Assembly (NCBI GenBank): GCA_964644035.1
Contig: CAZXUH010000001.1
Span: forward strand, 195,712 to 259,711
Origin: an uncultured Candidatus Saccharibacteria bacterium
GTDB taxonomy: Bacteria; Patescibacteriota; Minisyncoccia; Phycocordibacterales; DAORIS01
Direction of reading: 5' to 3'
Length of the DNA: 64,000 nucleotides
Shown here: one piece after another, positions 27,253-37,445 of the stretch
Position numbering within the stretch: the first letter of the stretch is position 1
Layout: each line of letters begins with the position of its first letter
Notes under the pieces: generated by a model
Told to the model about the DNA's origin: nothing
Databases searched by the model: none
The model's input: the letters and a program-made list of their open reading frames with translations, nothing else
Translations under genes and position numbers: made by a program

Positions 27253-28203
27253 ATGCGTTTGCGAAATAGAAAAATAACAGCTATCACCGTTGCAGCAATA
27301 ATAGCTATCCTACTTGTGCTTTATCTTGGAAGCGCTCCTTCGCGTACACCTCTCAATACTATTGTCTCAGTCGACAAAGGTGAGGGAGTAGAGTCGGTCT
27401 CAGAAAAATTGTCTGAAAATGGCGTGGTCAGGTCAAAGTTTATGCTTCGAAGCGTTATTTTGCTTCTTGGAGGCGAAAGAAAGGTGGTATACGGCCTCTA
27501 TTCATTTGAGTATTCGCAAAATGCCTATCGAGTAGCAAAAAGACTAATGGACGGCAATTATCAAGTCGAAACAGTTAAACTCACTATTCCAGAGGGTATG
27601 AATCGTGTCGCTATTGCTGATATATGCAGTCAAAAGCTTTCATTGTGTAATAGAAGAATGTTTCTGGATCAAACGATCAATTTGGAAGGATATTTATTCC
27701 CAGACACCTACTTTTTCCTACCGTATGCTCATACCGAAGAGGTGATTGAAGTGTTCCACAATACCTATGAAGAAAAAATAGAACCTCTGAGAGAGCGTAT
27801 TTCTGATTTTGGTAAGACAGAAAAAGAAGTGCTAACTATGGCCTCGATACTCGAAGGCGAAGCACGACAAAAAGAGACTAGAAGAATGGTGGCTGGCATA
27901 TTGTGGAAAAGAATTTCACTCGGCATGCCACTCCAAGTCGACACAACATTTCAATATATCAATGGAAAGGGTAGTGCCGAACTCACACTCGACGATTTGA
28001 AAATAGATTCTCCATACAATACCTATGTGTACAAAGGCTTGCCTCCAACTCCTATTTCAAATCCAGGTTTGGAATCTATAGAAGCAGCAATTACGCCTAT
28101 TAAATCTTCATACTTATACTTTTTGACTGGATCAGATGGCACCATGCACTATGCCAAAACTCACGACGAGCATGTGGCCAATAAAAGAAAGTATTTGAAA
28201 TAA
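27253..28203 (+). CDS. mltG: Endolytic transglycosylase MltG
   Basis: TIPEG, LEGYLFPDTY and SPYNTY..GLPPTPISNPG motifs. Confidence 0.95.
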   Translation: MRLRNRKITAITVAAIIAILLVLYLGSAPSRTPLNTIVSVDKGEGVESVSEKLSENGVVRSKFMLRSVILLLGGERKVVYGLYSFEYSQNAYRVAKRLMDGNYQVETVKLTIPEGMNRVAIADICSQKLSLCNRRMFLDQTINLEGYLFPDTYFFLPYAHTEEVIEVFHNTYEEKIEPLRERISDFGKTEKEVLTMASILEGEARQKETRRMVAGILWKRISLGMPLQVDTTFQYINGKGSAELTLDDLKIDSPYNTYVYKGLPPTPISNPGLESIEAAITPIKSSYLYFLTGSDGTMHYAKTHDEHVANKRKYLK

Positions 28204-28223
28204 GATCTCGACTAACGTAGTCT

Positions 28224-29309
28224 GTGGTTGTGAATAAGAGTATATCTAAAAAAGTATTTGTCGGTCTCTCTGGCGGCGTCGATAGCGCTGTGTCTGCTGC
28301 CTTACTCAAAAAGGAAGGTTACGATGTCACGGGAGTCTATATACGGACATGGCAGCCTGATTGGCTACCGTGCACGTGGCGAGAAGAGCGACGTGATGCT
28401 ATGCGTGTGGCTGCAAAGCTTGATATTCCTTTTACAACGATCAATTTAAGCAATGAATACAAGCAAAAGGTAGCCGACTACATGATCGAGGAATACAGAC
28501 AAGGTAGAACGCCCAATCCCGACATCATGTGCAATAAAGAGATAAAGTTTGGTTCTTTTTTGAGTAAAGCTCGCTCAATGGGTGCTGATTTTATTGCAAC
28601 AGGACATTATGCTCAGAATATTGGTAATAACGTGACCGAAGGTGCTGATAATACAAAAGACCAGAGTTATTTCTTATGGACGCTCAATAAAGATCAGTTG
28701 AGTCATGTCTTGTTTCCAGTCGGTCATTTGCAAAAAACAAAGGTTAGGAAGCTAGCCAAGAAATTTGCCTTGCCCAATGCCGACAAAAAAGACAGTCAGG
28801 GTATTTGTTTTCTCGGCAAAGTCGATATGAAGGAGTTTCTCAGTCATTATATAGAGCAAAAAACAGGCAATGTAGTCAATGAAAAAGGTGAAATTATCGG
28901 TTCACACGAGGGAGTGTGGTTTTATACAATAGGTGAAAGGCATGGTTTTTCTATTTTTGAAAAGACCGATCATGATAAACCATACTACGTAGCCGCAAAG
29001 GATATTGAGAAAAATCAGGTTATCGTAACTGAAGGCAAACATGCAGACAGTCTTAATAACAATTCTGAACATGCTACTTCTTCTGTAATTCTAAGTAATG
29101 TCTATATTAGTGATTCGCATATAAAAATTACCGAGGCACGCATTAGATATCGTCAACAGAAACAAAAGTGTGTTGTTGAAAATAAAAATGGTGTATATGA
29201 GATAAAGTTCGAAAAAATCCAAGAGGGTCTATCAGCTGGCCAATCCATTGTTTTCTACAATGGAAAGACATGTCTAGGAGGTGGTGTCATTGAAAAGGTA
29301 CTTGTATAA
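28224..29309 (+). CDS. mnmA: tRNA 2-thiouridylase MnmA
   Basis: SGGVDS, TPNPDIMCN, ATGHYA, KDQSYFL and DSQGICF motifs. Confidence 0.97.
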   Translation: MVVNKSISKKVFVGLSGGVDSAVSAALLKKEGYDVTGVYIRTWQPDWLPCTWREERRDAMRVAAKLDIPFTTINLSNEYKQKVADYMIEEYRQGRTPNPDIMCNKEIKFGSFLSKARSMGADFIATGHYAQNIGNNVTEGADNTKDQSYFLWTLNKDQLSHVLFPVGHLQKTKVRKLAKKFALPNADKKDSQGICFLGKVDMKEFLSHYIEQKTGNVVNEKGEIIGSHEGVWFYTIGERHGFSIFEKTDHDKPYYVAAKDIEKNQVIVTEGKHADSLNNNSEHATSSVILSNVYISDSHIKITEARIRYRQQKQKCVVENKNGVYEIKFEKIQEGLSAGQSIVFYNGKTCLGGGVIEKVLV

Positions 29310-29322
29310 TGCAGGTACTACT

Positions 29323-30162
29323 ATGAAAGAATTCAAAATCGTTAAGCAAAACGGAGTTACTGAAATATTTGATCCTCGTAAGCTCGTCGATTCGCTCCAG
29401 CGAGTAGGCACAAGCGAAAGTGTCGCTGAGGCTATTGTCAGAGAGGTCGAATCAGGTGCATTTGAGGGAATGACGACCAACGACATCTATACCAAAGCTT
29501 TTGAAATCCTTCACAATGCCCAAAGGCGTATTGCGGCTCGATATTCGGTACGACGCGCAATTATAGAACTCGGCCCAACTGGTTTTCCGTTTGAAAAATT
29601 CATTTCTCATATTTTCTCAGCTGAAGGTTATCAGACTATGACCGACCAGATGATGGTAGGTGAATGTGCTGAACACGAAGTCGATGTGGTGGCCTTTAAC
29701 GACAAAGAACTGATCGCAGTTGAAGTAAAATTCCACAATGAACTCGGTATAAAATCAGATCTCAAGGTAGCTCTGTACATAAAAGCTCGCATCGATGACC
29801 TGAAAGACGCTGAGCATATGATCCATGGTGAAAAAAGAAAACTTACCAACGGCTGGCTCATTACCAATACCAAATTTACACAAAGCGCGATCAATTATGC
29901 TCTCTGTAAGAATCTCAATTTAATTGGTTGGAATTATCCTACAAATAGAAGCCTTGAGGATTTGATTATTAAATACAATCTGTATCCGATTACATGTCTA
30001 ACCTCACTCGATGCATTTGATCGTAAAACACTGATAGAAAAAGGTTTGGTATTGGTCAGCGACATACAAAATGACCCAAATATTCTCAAGGATATAGGCA
30101 AAGCGCCGGAAAGGGTACAACACATTCTCGACGAAATCGCAATTCTTTTCTCAAAACAATAG
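29323..30162 (+). CDS. ATP-cone domain plus restriction-endonuclease-like (Mrr-like) protein
   Basis: N-terminal IVKQNG..E.FD.RKL ATP cone; GPTGFPFE, EVDVVA..VEVKFH and WLITNTKFT motifs. Confidence 0.8.
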   Translation: MKEFKIVKQNGVTEIFDPRKLVDSLQRVGTSESVAEAIVREVESGAFEGMTTNDIYTKAFEILHNAQRRIAARYSVRRAIIELGPTGFPFEKFISHIFSAEGYQTMTDQMMVGECAEHEVDVVAFNDKELIAVEVKFHNELGIKSDLKVALYIKARIDDLKDAEHMIHGEKRKLTNGWLITNTKFTQSAINYALCKNLNLIGWNYPTNRSLEDLIIKYNLYPITCLTSLDAFDRKTLIEKGLVLVSDIQNDPNILKDIGKAPERVQHILDEIAILFSKQ

Positions 30163-30183
30163 GTGGTATATAATATCCGCATT

Positions 30184-30717
30184 ATGACAAATTACGAAAA
30201 ATACTGGATTCATGGAGTGATAGCAATTGTTGGACTCGTAGTCGGTTTCGTAGGTGGAGCATATTGGAAAGCGTGGGATAATAAGCAGGAATACGAACTT
30301 CCTGAAGTCGAAGATATAGCTACAAGCACGCTCAATGGCATATCTGGCACAAATACGTCTAATACAAACGTGCAGTCATCATCAGAGGCTGTTGGTGCTA
30401 AGACATACTCGATTTATGTTCCAAATCAAAAGGCAGGCAACAGGGTTATTGTCGAATCGATCTCTGTCAAAGATCCTAGCTGGGTGGTGATCACTGAAGA
30501 TGACAATGGTTCACCTGCCTGGATTCTTGGCGCACAGAAATTCTTCCCGGGAACAGTCACTGGATCAGTCGGCGTATTGCGCGACACAGTGCCAGGCCGC
30601 AGATACCACGCTATTATTTACAATGATAACGGCGACAATAAATTTGATTTCAAAGTCGATGGTCCCATTACCGACAATGACAGTAAGAGCATTGAGTCTA
30701 TTTTCATAGTCTCATAG
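30184..30717 (+). CDS. Membrane-anchored beta-sandwich hypothetical protein
   Basis: N-terminal TM; WVVI.ED.G..ILGA and DNGD..FD..D motifs. Confidence 0.8.
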   Translation: MTNYEKYWIHGVIAIVGLVVGFVGGAYWKAWDNKQEYELPEVEDIATSTLNGISGTNTSNTNVQSSSEAVGAKTYSIYVPNQKAGNRVIVESISVKDPSWVVITEDDNGSPAWILGAQKFFPGTVTGSVGVLRDTVPGRRYHAIIYNDNGDNKFDFKVDGPITDNDSKSIESIFIVS

Positions 30718-30741
30718 TAAGAATGTATAGTAAGAAGGTAA

Positions 30742-31614
30742 ATGTCAGACGGATTCAATTATAAAATAAGAACTTGGGGGAATTTTGACCCTAAGACGAA
30801 AGCACCGTTTAAGCTTAGTAGATCGAAGGTTGATCTATTCATGACTTGCAAGCGGTGTTTTTATCTTGACCAAAGGCTCGGTGTCGCACGACCCAAATCA
30901 TTTCCTTTCAACCTCAACAACGCCGTCGACACACTTCTCAAGAAAGAATTCGATATTCATCGACTCAATCAATCGAAACATCCTCTGGTAAAGGCCTACG
31001 GTCTCGATGCTGTGCCTTTTGCACATGAATCAATGGAAATCTGGCGAGATGCCCTTCGCAACGGCATTATGCATCACCATGAACCGAGCAATCTGCTTCT
31101 ACGAGGTGGTGTCGACGATGTCTGGATCAATAAAGAAGGCGAAATAATTATTGTCGATTACAAAGCGACGAGCAAAGACGGTGAAATTACGCTCGACGCA
31201 CAATGGCAAGATGGGTATAAGCGCCAAATGGAAATCTATCAATGGCTTTTCGCTCAAAATGATTTCAAGGTTTCTCCGACTGGATATTTTGTGTATGTAA
31301 ATGGTAAGACCGATAGGGAAGCATTCGATGCCAAGCTTGAATTTGATATTAAGCTCATTCCGTATACAGGTACAACTGATTGGATACCAAAAGTGCTTAT
31401 TGCGATTAGAAAATGTCTCGAAGATGATCGTATTCCAGCTGCAGCAGAAGATTGTGAATACTGCGCATATCTAAAAGCTGTCAGACAAGCCGATGCGAGC
31501 AAGAATGTGACCCAAAAAACTACTGTTGTAACAGAAGCACCTAAACCAAAAGCAAAGAAGAAACGTGCACCCAAGAAAGTTCCTCCTGCACACAAAATGC
31601 CAACTTTGTTCTAA
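30742..31614 (+). CDS. PD-(D/E)XK nuclease (Cas4/RecB-like, Cys cluster)
   Basis: LSRSK...CKRCFY, GGVDD..IVDYKAT, QMEIY and CEYC motifs. Confidence 0.85.
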   Translation: MSDGFNYKIRTWGNFDPKTKAPFKLSRSKVDLFMTCKRCFYLDQRLGVARPKSFPFNLNNAVDTLLKKEFDIHRLNQSKHPLVKAYGLDAVPFAHESMEIWRDALRNGIMHHHEPSNLLLRGGVDDVWINKEGEIIIVDYKATSKDGEITLDAQWQDGYKRQMEIYQWLFAQNDFKVSPTGYFVYVNGKTDREAFDAKLEFDIKLIPYTGTTDWIPKVLIAIRKCLEDDRIPAAAEDCEYCAYLKAVRQADASKNVTQKTTVVTEAPKPKAKKKRAPKKVPPAHKMPTLF

Positions 31615-31623
31615 TATAAGGAC

Positions 31624-32235
31624 ATGGATGATACTCCGGAGTCACGTAAAGAGGCGCTGAAGAAGATACGAGATGAAGTGCTTGCATTGTCTTCTTCGCC
31701 TCTATATGAATTTAGAACTAAGAATAAATATTTTCCTGTTATCGGCGAGGGCAATCACTTCGCGGAAATCATGTTCGTAGGTGAGGCACCAGGTAGAAAC
31801 GAAGCCGAACAAGGCAGACCTTTCTGCGGTGCGGCAGGTAAAATTCTCGATGAACTCCTGCAGAGCGTCGGCCTAAAAAGAGAAGAGATATACATCACCA
31901 ATATCGTCAAAGACCGTCCTCCGCAAAATCGTGATCCATTGCCAAGTGAAATAGAATCATACGGGCCATTCCTTGACCGTCAGATAGAAATCATCAAACC
32001 AAAGAAAATCGTCACCCTTGGACGCTATTCAATGACATATATCATGAACAAATTCGACCTCGACTTCGATATTGAACCCATCTCAAAAGCTCACGGCAAA
32101 GCCTACACAACCCAAGCTTCCTACGGCCAAATTCAAATCATTGCTCAATATCATCCAGCTGCTTGTATCTACAATCAATCACTAAAAGATGTACTGAAAG
32201 AAGATTTTAAGACGATTACCAAGATAGGAAAGTAA
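31624..32235 (+). CDS. Uracil-DNA glycosylase family 4
   Basis: VGEAPG.NE..GRPF.GAAG, TNIVK.RPP.NRDP and YHPAA motifs. Confidence 0.92.
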   Translation: MDDTPESRKEALKKIRDEVLALSSSPLYEFRTKNKYFPVIGEGNHFAEIMFVGEAPGRNEAEQGRPFCGAAGKILDELLQSVGLKREEIYITNIVKDRPPQNRDPLPSEIESYGPFLDRQIEIIKPKKIVTLGRYSMTYIMNKFDLDFDIEPISKAHGKAYTTQASYGQIQIIAQYHPAACIYNQSLKDVLKEDFKTITKIGK

Positions 32236-32329
32236 TTTATTTCCTATTTATATTTTCTAAAGCATAAATTTATACCACTTATGTAATAGTGTCCACGCAG
32301 TAAATCATTTGATAAATGGTTTTCTGCGT

Positions 32330-32399
32330 GGGCCTGCTAGATGGTCTAGAATTCCGATTTGTCATTTGGGATTTGCGGGTTCGATACCCGTCAGGTCCA
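32330..32399 (+). ncRNA. tRNA-like element / pseudo-tRNA with a G3:U70 acceptor stem
   Basis: Acceptor GGGCCTG/CAGGTCC-A and T arm GCGGG-TTCGATA-CCCGT, but an abnormal D arm (CTAGA-TGG-TCTAG) and an 8-nt anticodon loop TTTGTCAT. Confidence 0.6.
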
Positions 32400-32434
32400 C
32401 TTGATTTTTCGGAAAGAATTTGCTAGTATATACG

Positions 32435-32504
32435 CATGACAAGTCGGGATTGACCGTTTAGTAAACCCGAGAAAAACCTTTGCGAAAGCCGAGGTTTTTC
32501 TTTT
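32435..32504 (+). ncRNA. Putative ~70-nt small RNA or mini-ORF (MTSRD) unit
   Basis: TTGATT (32401)-17-TAGTAT promoter; TCGGG/CCCGA stem; GAAAAACCT..GCGAAAGC..AGGTTTTTC-T4 terminator. Confidence 0.45.
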
Positions 32505-32548
32505 ACTCATTTCTGTTTTTAAGCCAATTTTAGTATAGTATTGCCTAT

Positions 32549-34393
32549 ATGAACTCAGATCAGATCCGGTCGAAATTCTTAGAATTTTTCAAAAGTAAGC
32601 GGCACGCCATCATACCTAGCGCCTCTCTCGTACCTGAAAATGACCCTTCGGTACTTTTTAACACTGCTGGTATGCAACCTCTCGTGCCATATTTGCTCGG
32701 TGAGAAGCATCCTCAGGGTACCCGTCTAGCCAATGCTCAGAAGTGCGTACGTACTGGCGATATAGATGATATTGGCGATAACCGACATCTTACATTTTTC
32801 GAAATGCTTGGCAACTGGTCACTTGGTGACTATTTTAAAAAAGAATCTATTGCGTGGAGCATGGAATTTTTGACTGACAAGAACATGGGTCTTGGTCTTG
32901 ATCCACAGAGGCTCTACGTCACGACGTTTAAAGGTGAAAGCGGCATTCCTCGCGATGATGATTCTATAGCGATATGGAAAGGAGCGTATAAAGAACAGGG
33001 TATAGACGCGGAGGTCGCTGGAAAAGATGAAATCGTGAAGCAAGGCATTCGAATAGTGCCGCTCGGTACCAATGACAACTTCTGGATAGCAGGCACGACT
33101 GGCCCTTGCGGAGGTGATACTGAAATCTTTTACGATACCAATCCTGAAGCAGGAGAACTCAATGGAAAATTTGGCGATCTTGTCGATTCATTCCGACTTA
33201 TTGAAATCTGGAACAATGTCTTCATGGAATTCAATAAGACAGCCGATGGTAAGTACGAAAAGCTTTCAAAACCAAATGTTGACACTGGAATGGGTCTGGA
33301 GAGAACGACGGCTGTTATCAATGGTAAAGCTCATGTATTTGAAACCGACTGTTTCGAAGAAATCCTTGCAGCTATTCGTTCTGGATCAAGTATTTCTACA
33401 AATACCGACAAAGATCAGATTATGAAAGCTGAAAGAGTGATCGCTGATCATATCCGCACGGCCACGTTTATGATTTCTGACGGGGTCTTTCCCGCAAACA
33501 GCGACCGTGGATACGTTCTACGACGACTGTTGCGTCGTGCAGTGCGTTTTGCTGATACACTCAACATGCGTCCGGGTTCACTTTCGACACTTGCTGACGT
33601 CGTTATACAGAAATACTGGAAGACATATCCAAACCTTCTCACACTTCGAGATACAATCGTCGCTGAGATCAGACAAGAAGAAGACAAGTTCCGAAAAACA
33701 CTCTCTACAGGTCTTAAAGAGTTTGAAAAACTCGCTTCTAATACAAAAGAAAACGGTATTTCAGGCATTGACGCCTTCAATCTATATCAAAGCTACGGCT
33801 TTCCAATAGAAATTACGCTTGAACTGGCAAAAGAAAAGGGTATAAAGGTAGACTCTGAAAGCTTTAAAAAAGAATTATCAAAACATCAAGACCTCTCAAG
33901 AGCAGGTGCTGAACAAAAGTTCAAAGGTGGTTTGGGTGGAACTGGTATAAAAGAAACTCGATATCACACAGCGACGCATTTGCTCAATGCTGCACTTAGA
34001 AAAGTGCTCGGTTCTCACATTTCACAAAAAGGAAGCAATATTACAGCCGAAAGAATGCGTTTTGATTTTGCTCATCCACAAAAGATGACTGATGACGAGA
34101 AGAAACAAGTAGAAGATCTCGTAAATGAAAAAATAAAAGCTGGTTTGGCTGTATCGTACAAAGAAATGCCAAAAGATGAAGCTGAGAAGACAGGTGCAGT
34201 GCATGCTTTCGGAGACAAATATGGAGATATCGTCAAAGTCTATACCGTAGGTGATGAAAGAACAGAAATTTTCAGTAGGGAATTCTGCGGCGGGCCTCAT
34301 GTTGAAAATACCAGCGAGCTTGGCAACTTTAAAATCCAAAAAGAAGAAGCGGTGTCAGCAGGTGTGCGAAGAATAAAAGCAGTGTTGGAATAA
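32549..34393 (+). CDS. alaS: Alanine--tRNA ligase (short form lacking C-Ala)
   Basis: LFNTAGMQPL, FFEMLGNWS, DTGMGLER, HTATH and FCGGPHV motifs; 614 aa. Confidence 0.97.
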   Translation: MNSDQIRSKFLEFFKSKRHAIIPSASLVPENDPSVLFNTAGMQPLVPYLLGEKHPQGTRLANAQKCVRTGDIDDIGDNRHLTFFEMLGNWSLGDYFKKESIAWSMEFLTDKNMGLGLDPQRLYVTTFKGESGIPRDDDSIAIWKGAYKEQGIDAEVAGKDEIVKQGIRIVPLGTNDNFWIAGTTGPCGGDTEIFYDTNPEAGELNGKFGDLVDSFRLIEIWNNVFMEFNKTADGKYEKLSKPNVDTGMGLERTTAVINGKAHVFETDCFEEILAAIRSGSSISTNTDKDQIMKAERVIADHIRTATFMISDGVFPANSDRGYVLRRLLRRAVRFADTLNMRPGSLSTLADVVIQKYWKTYPNLLTLRDTIVAEIRQEEDKFRKTLSTGLKEFEKLASNTKENGISGIDAFNLYQSYGFPIEITLELAKEKGIKVDSESFKKELSKHQDLSRAGAEQKFKGGLGGTGIKETRYHTATHLLNAALRKVLGSHISQKGSNITAERMRFDFAHPQKMTDDEKKQVEDLVNEKIKAGLAVSYKEMPKDEAEKTGAVHAFGDKYGDIVKVYTVGDERTEIFSREFCGGPHVENTSELGNFKIQKEEAVSAGVRRIKAVLE

Positions 34394-34432
34394 ACTCCTC
34401 TCTCTTAAAATAAATAATGTTATACTATTTAC

Positions 34433-35593
34433 ATGTCACAGGACGTGTTTCTTGTATTTGATATTACTTCGAGCTCGGTTGGAGCAGTCATCTTCTCTCG
34501 CCAAAACAATAAACCATTCATACACTGGATTGATCGCATTTCTATTCCTTCTGAAGTAAAGCTTTCACTCGACGCACTCGAAAAAAAGATTTATGTGTCA
34601 CTTACCGATCTCTCAAAACGCGCCGCACAAGCAGCTCAAGGTAAAAATGTAGTCGGTATTACCTGCATATATGGAGCACCATGGCATGTATCCAAGCAAG
34701 TAGCCATCTCTATTCAGCGAGATACACCATTTACTGTTACTGAGAAATTCCTCGACTCTGTTATTAAGAAAGAAGAAGAGGAACTCATCGCATATGCTAA
34801 AACGCAGCAGCTATTTTCAAATGGTGCGCATATTGCGGACAAGGTGATCACCAATATCCGTCTCAATGGTTATCCTGTAACAGAGCCATACCAGAGCAAT
34901 ATCAAGCATTTGTCATGTTCGCTCTTTTTGACGGTGCTCGAAGATACATTTGTACACAAAGCCGAGCGTATCATTCAAAAAGTCACTCATATACGAGCGA
35001 TCAATCACTCTGTCACACCTCTCGCAGCCTTTGCTGTGCTCCGAGACGTCATGCCCAATGATAAAGACTTTATTGCTGTGCTTATAGGAGAAGAAATAAC
35101 AGAAGTATTTACCTCTAAAAAAGGCGAATTGCAAAACATCATTTCATTCCCATGCGGTAAGCATTCATTGCTACGTTCAATGCAACAGCAAGGCACCGAT
35201 TATCATATCGCTCTCTCAATGACCAATCTCCATCTCAATGATCATGGCGAACCAGAATGGGGTTCATCTATAAAGAAGCAGATTCAAGAAACCAGGGAAG
35301 TCTGGCTTTCTATGTTCACCGATGCGCTTAAAAAACTCTCAGTCGAGGCCCCGCTTCCTAAAACAATCATGTTCATGAGCGATGAAACCTCTCGCGGACT
35401 GTTTGCAGAATATGTAAAAACAAAACCCCAGCTTACTACCGGTCCTGGTACAACAGGGGAATTTGTACCAATCATTTTCGATCAAGGAGCACTAGCAGAC
35501 TTGGTCGGAATGCAAGAGGGTCAGAAAAGAGATAGTATCCTCGAAGCAGGGGTCTTATACACAGACGCACGAAGCCGTAACCTTGTGCATTGA
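34433..35593 (+). CDS. Divergent actin-like (FtsA/PilM-like) protein
   Basis: VFDITSSSVG N-terminus, LNGY motif and IGEEITE second lobe. Confidence 0.6.
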   Translation: MSQDVFLVFDITSSSVGAVIFSRQNNKPFIHWIDRISIPSEVKLSLDALEKKIYVSLTDLSKRAAQAAQGKNVVGITCIYGAPWHVSKQVAISIQRDTPFTVTEKFLDSVIKKEEEELIAYAKTQQLFSNGAHIADKVITNIRLNGYPVTEPYQSNIKHLSCSLFLTVLEDTFVHKAERIIQKVTHIRAINHSVTPLAAFAVLRDVMPNDKDFIAVLIGEEITEVFTSKKGELQNIISFPCGKHSLLRSMQQQGTDYHIALSMTNLHLNDHGEPEWGSSIKKQIQETREVWLSMFTDALKKLSVEAPLPKTIMFMSDETSRGLFAEYVKTKPQLTTGPGTTGEFVPIIFDQGALADLVGMQEGQKRDSILEAGVLYTDARSRNLVH

Positions 35594-35627
35594 AGCCTAA
35601 AACGCATATAATACAGATATAGAGAGA

Positions 35628-37025
35628 ATGCAAGACATTATCCCCAAAGACAAGAGAACAATACGCAACATTCCCCTCGAAAAAAGGCCTCTTCGACCCG
35701 CAAGTCAGTATCAACCTCCTCATCAGTCACAAGACGTATACCGACCAGAACGCGCTATTCCTGTACCTATTCACACACAGCGTACAGAACCCAAGCTCCC
35801 AGCTTCTAGTACACCCGAAAGGACAAGTACTGAATATAAGTTTGACGATGCAGAAGACGGAGAATTCATTCACACCGAAGAAAGAGGGGTAAAAGTACAC
35901 CGCAAAGCAACCAAAATCCTTTTTGGTACCGCTCTTGTGCTCGCTATACTCATAGCAGTGGGTGGCTATGCGCTTTTCTATAGCAAAGCCGAAGTAACTA
36001 TTGTTCCCAAGACTCAGCCCATTAGTGCAAATACTAATGTTGATATTTCTTCTGGCGTTTCAGCGTCTACTTCACTCAATTTCCAGGTACTGACACTTTC
36101 TGATCAGGAAGAAATCACCGTACCAGCCAATGGCGAAGAAAAAGTAGACGTAAAAGCAAAGGGGACTATTACTATTTCCAATGATTATTCAGAAGCACCA
36201 CAAAAACTTATTGCCAATACACGTTTTGAATCAAAAGAAGGCAAGATATATAGAATAGCCGAGGCAGTGACTGTCCCAGGTCAGAAGCGTGTCTCAGGCA
36301 AACTTGTCCCTGGCACTATCGATGTTGCAGTGACTGCCGATGGCACAGGCCAGTCATACAATACAGCTGGTACGAGCTTTACTATTCCAGGTTTTAAGGG
36401 TGACCCACGATATGCCAAGTTTAGCGCCAAGGTAAAAACCAATATTGCCGGCGGATTTTCTGGTACTCGCAAGAAGGTTGCTGAAGCCGATGTAAAGGCA
36501 AAGACCGATGAAGCAGTGGCACGACTCAAATCAAGACTCGCAGACAATGCAAAGCAGCAGGCGAGTGGTACCGCTGTTTTGATCGCAACATATTTTGAAA
36601 ATAAAGAACCAGTTCAGAAACAATCTGATACTTCTGTTACATTTACACAAAGCGTCGAAGCGCATTCTATTGTTATCGACAAAGAAGCACTTTCAAATCT
36701 CCTTGTCGAACAGTCGGGAATAGCAACCGGTGACAATAAGCTCTATATAAATAAGTTTTCTGACCTAACGTTTGAACTCGTAAAAGCTCCTGATAAGCCA
36801 TGGCTAGCTTCAGAGCTCAATTTCACCATCAAAGGCAAGGCTGACGTAATTTGGTATTACAATCCTGAAAAACTCAAGGAAGATTTGGCTGGAACATCGA
36901 AAAAAGACTTGACCCTCGTACTCTCAAAATATGATGGTGTTCAGGAGGCCGAAGCGATCGTTAGACCCTTCTGGAAGACCTCATTTCCTACCAACGTAAG
37001 ACAAATAACGGTTACAGAGAACTAA
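35628..37025 (+). CDS. Conserved single-TM protein (baseplate J-like beta domain)
   Basis: MQDI.P N-terminus, TM, then A.G.ITI.N, L...TRF, GGFSG and P.W motifs. Confidence 0.75.
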   Translation: MQDIIPKDKRTIRNIPLEKRPLRPASQYQPPHQSQDVYRPERAIPVPIHTQRTEPKLPASSTPERTSTEYKFDDAEDGEFIHTEERGVKVHRKATKILFGTALVLAILIAVGGYALFYSKAEVTIVPKTQPISANTNVDISSGVSASTSLNFQVLTLSDQEEITVPANGEEKVDVKAKGTITISNDYSEAPQKLIANTRFESKEGKIYRIAEAVTVPGQKRVSGKLVPGTIDVAVTADGTGQSYNTAGTSFTIPGFKGDPRYAKFSAKVKTNIAGGFSGTRKKVAEADVKAKTDEAVARLKSRLADNAKQQASGTAVLIATYFENKEPVQKQSDTSVTFTQSVEAHSIVIDKEALSNLLVEQSGIATGDNKLYINKFSDLTFELVKAPDKPWLASELNFTIKGKADVIWYYNPEKLKEDLAGTSKKDLTLVLSKYDGVQEAEAIVRPFWKTSFPTNVRQITVTEN

Positions 37026-37078
37026 TATTTGACTAATGACCTCCTTTTCTGCTACTATATGGCGCACTGCTTAAGGTA

Positions 37079-37303
37079 ATGGATACACCGAACAAAGATA
37101 CAGAGGTTTTAGGCGTTGTCACCGAAGCTTTACCAAACACGTTGTTTCGTGTAGAGATAGATGAGGGCGAAGCCAAAAAAATAATACTCGCGTATCTTGC
37201 AGGCAAAATGCGGCTCAATCGCATTAGAGTCCTCGTCGGAGACAAAGTATCTATTCAGTTGGATCCCTATGGCGGAAAAGGCCGGATCACTCGCAGAATG
37301 TAA
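37079..37303 (+). CDS. infA: Translation initiation factor IF-1
   Basis: [28 protein letters not shown] motif. Confidence 0.97.
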   Translation: MDTPNKDTEVLGVVTEALPNTLFRVEIDEGEAKKIILAYLAGKMRLNRIRVLVGDKVSIQLDPYGGKGRITRRM

Positions 37304-37307
37304 ACAC

Positions 37308-37424
37308 ATGAAAGTCAAAGCATCAGTCAAAAAAATATGTGACAAATGCAAAGTCGTGCGACGACGCGGCGTTGTGTATATTATTTGCAGCGGCAATCCG
37401 CGTCATAAACAGCGTCAAGGTTAA
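37308..37424 (+). CDS. rpmJ: 50S ribosomal protein L36
   Basis: [38 protein letters not shown]. Confidence 0.98.
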   Translation: MKVKASVKKICDKCKVVRRRGVVYIICSGNPRHKQRQG

Positions 37425-37445
37425 TTATTTTATTACAATCAACAC

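Noticed and set aside
30742-31614. Cas4 of a CRISPR system
   Set aside because: Solo PD-(D/E)XK nuclease among housekeeping genes, with no cas1/cas2 or array.
32330-32399. tmRNA or a canonical tRNA-Asp/Thr
   Set aside because: No tag-reading frame or permuted arrangement; the D arm and anticodon arm do not fit a canonical cloverleaf.
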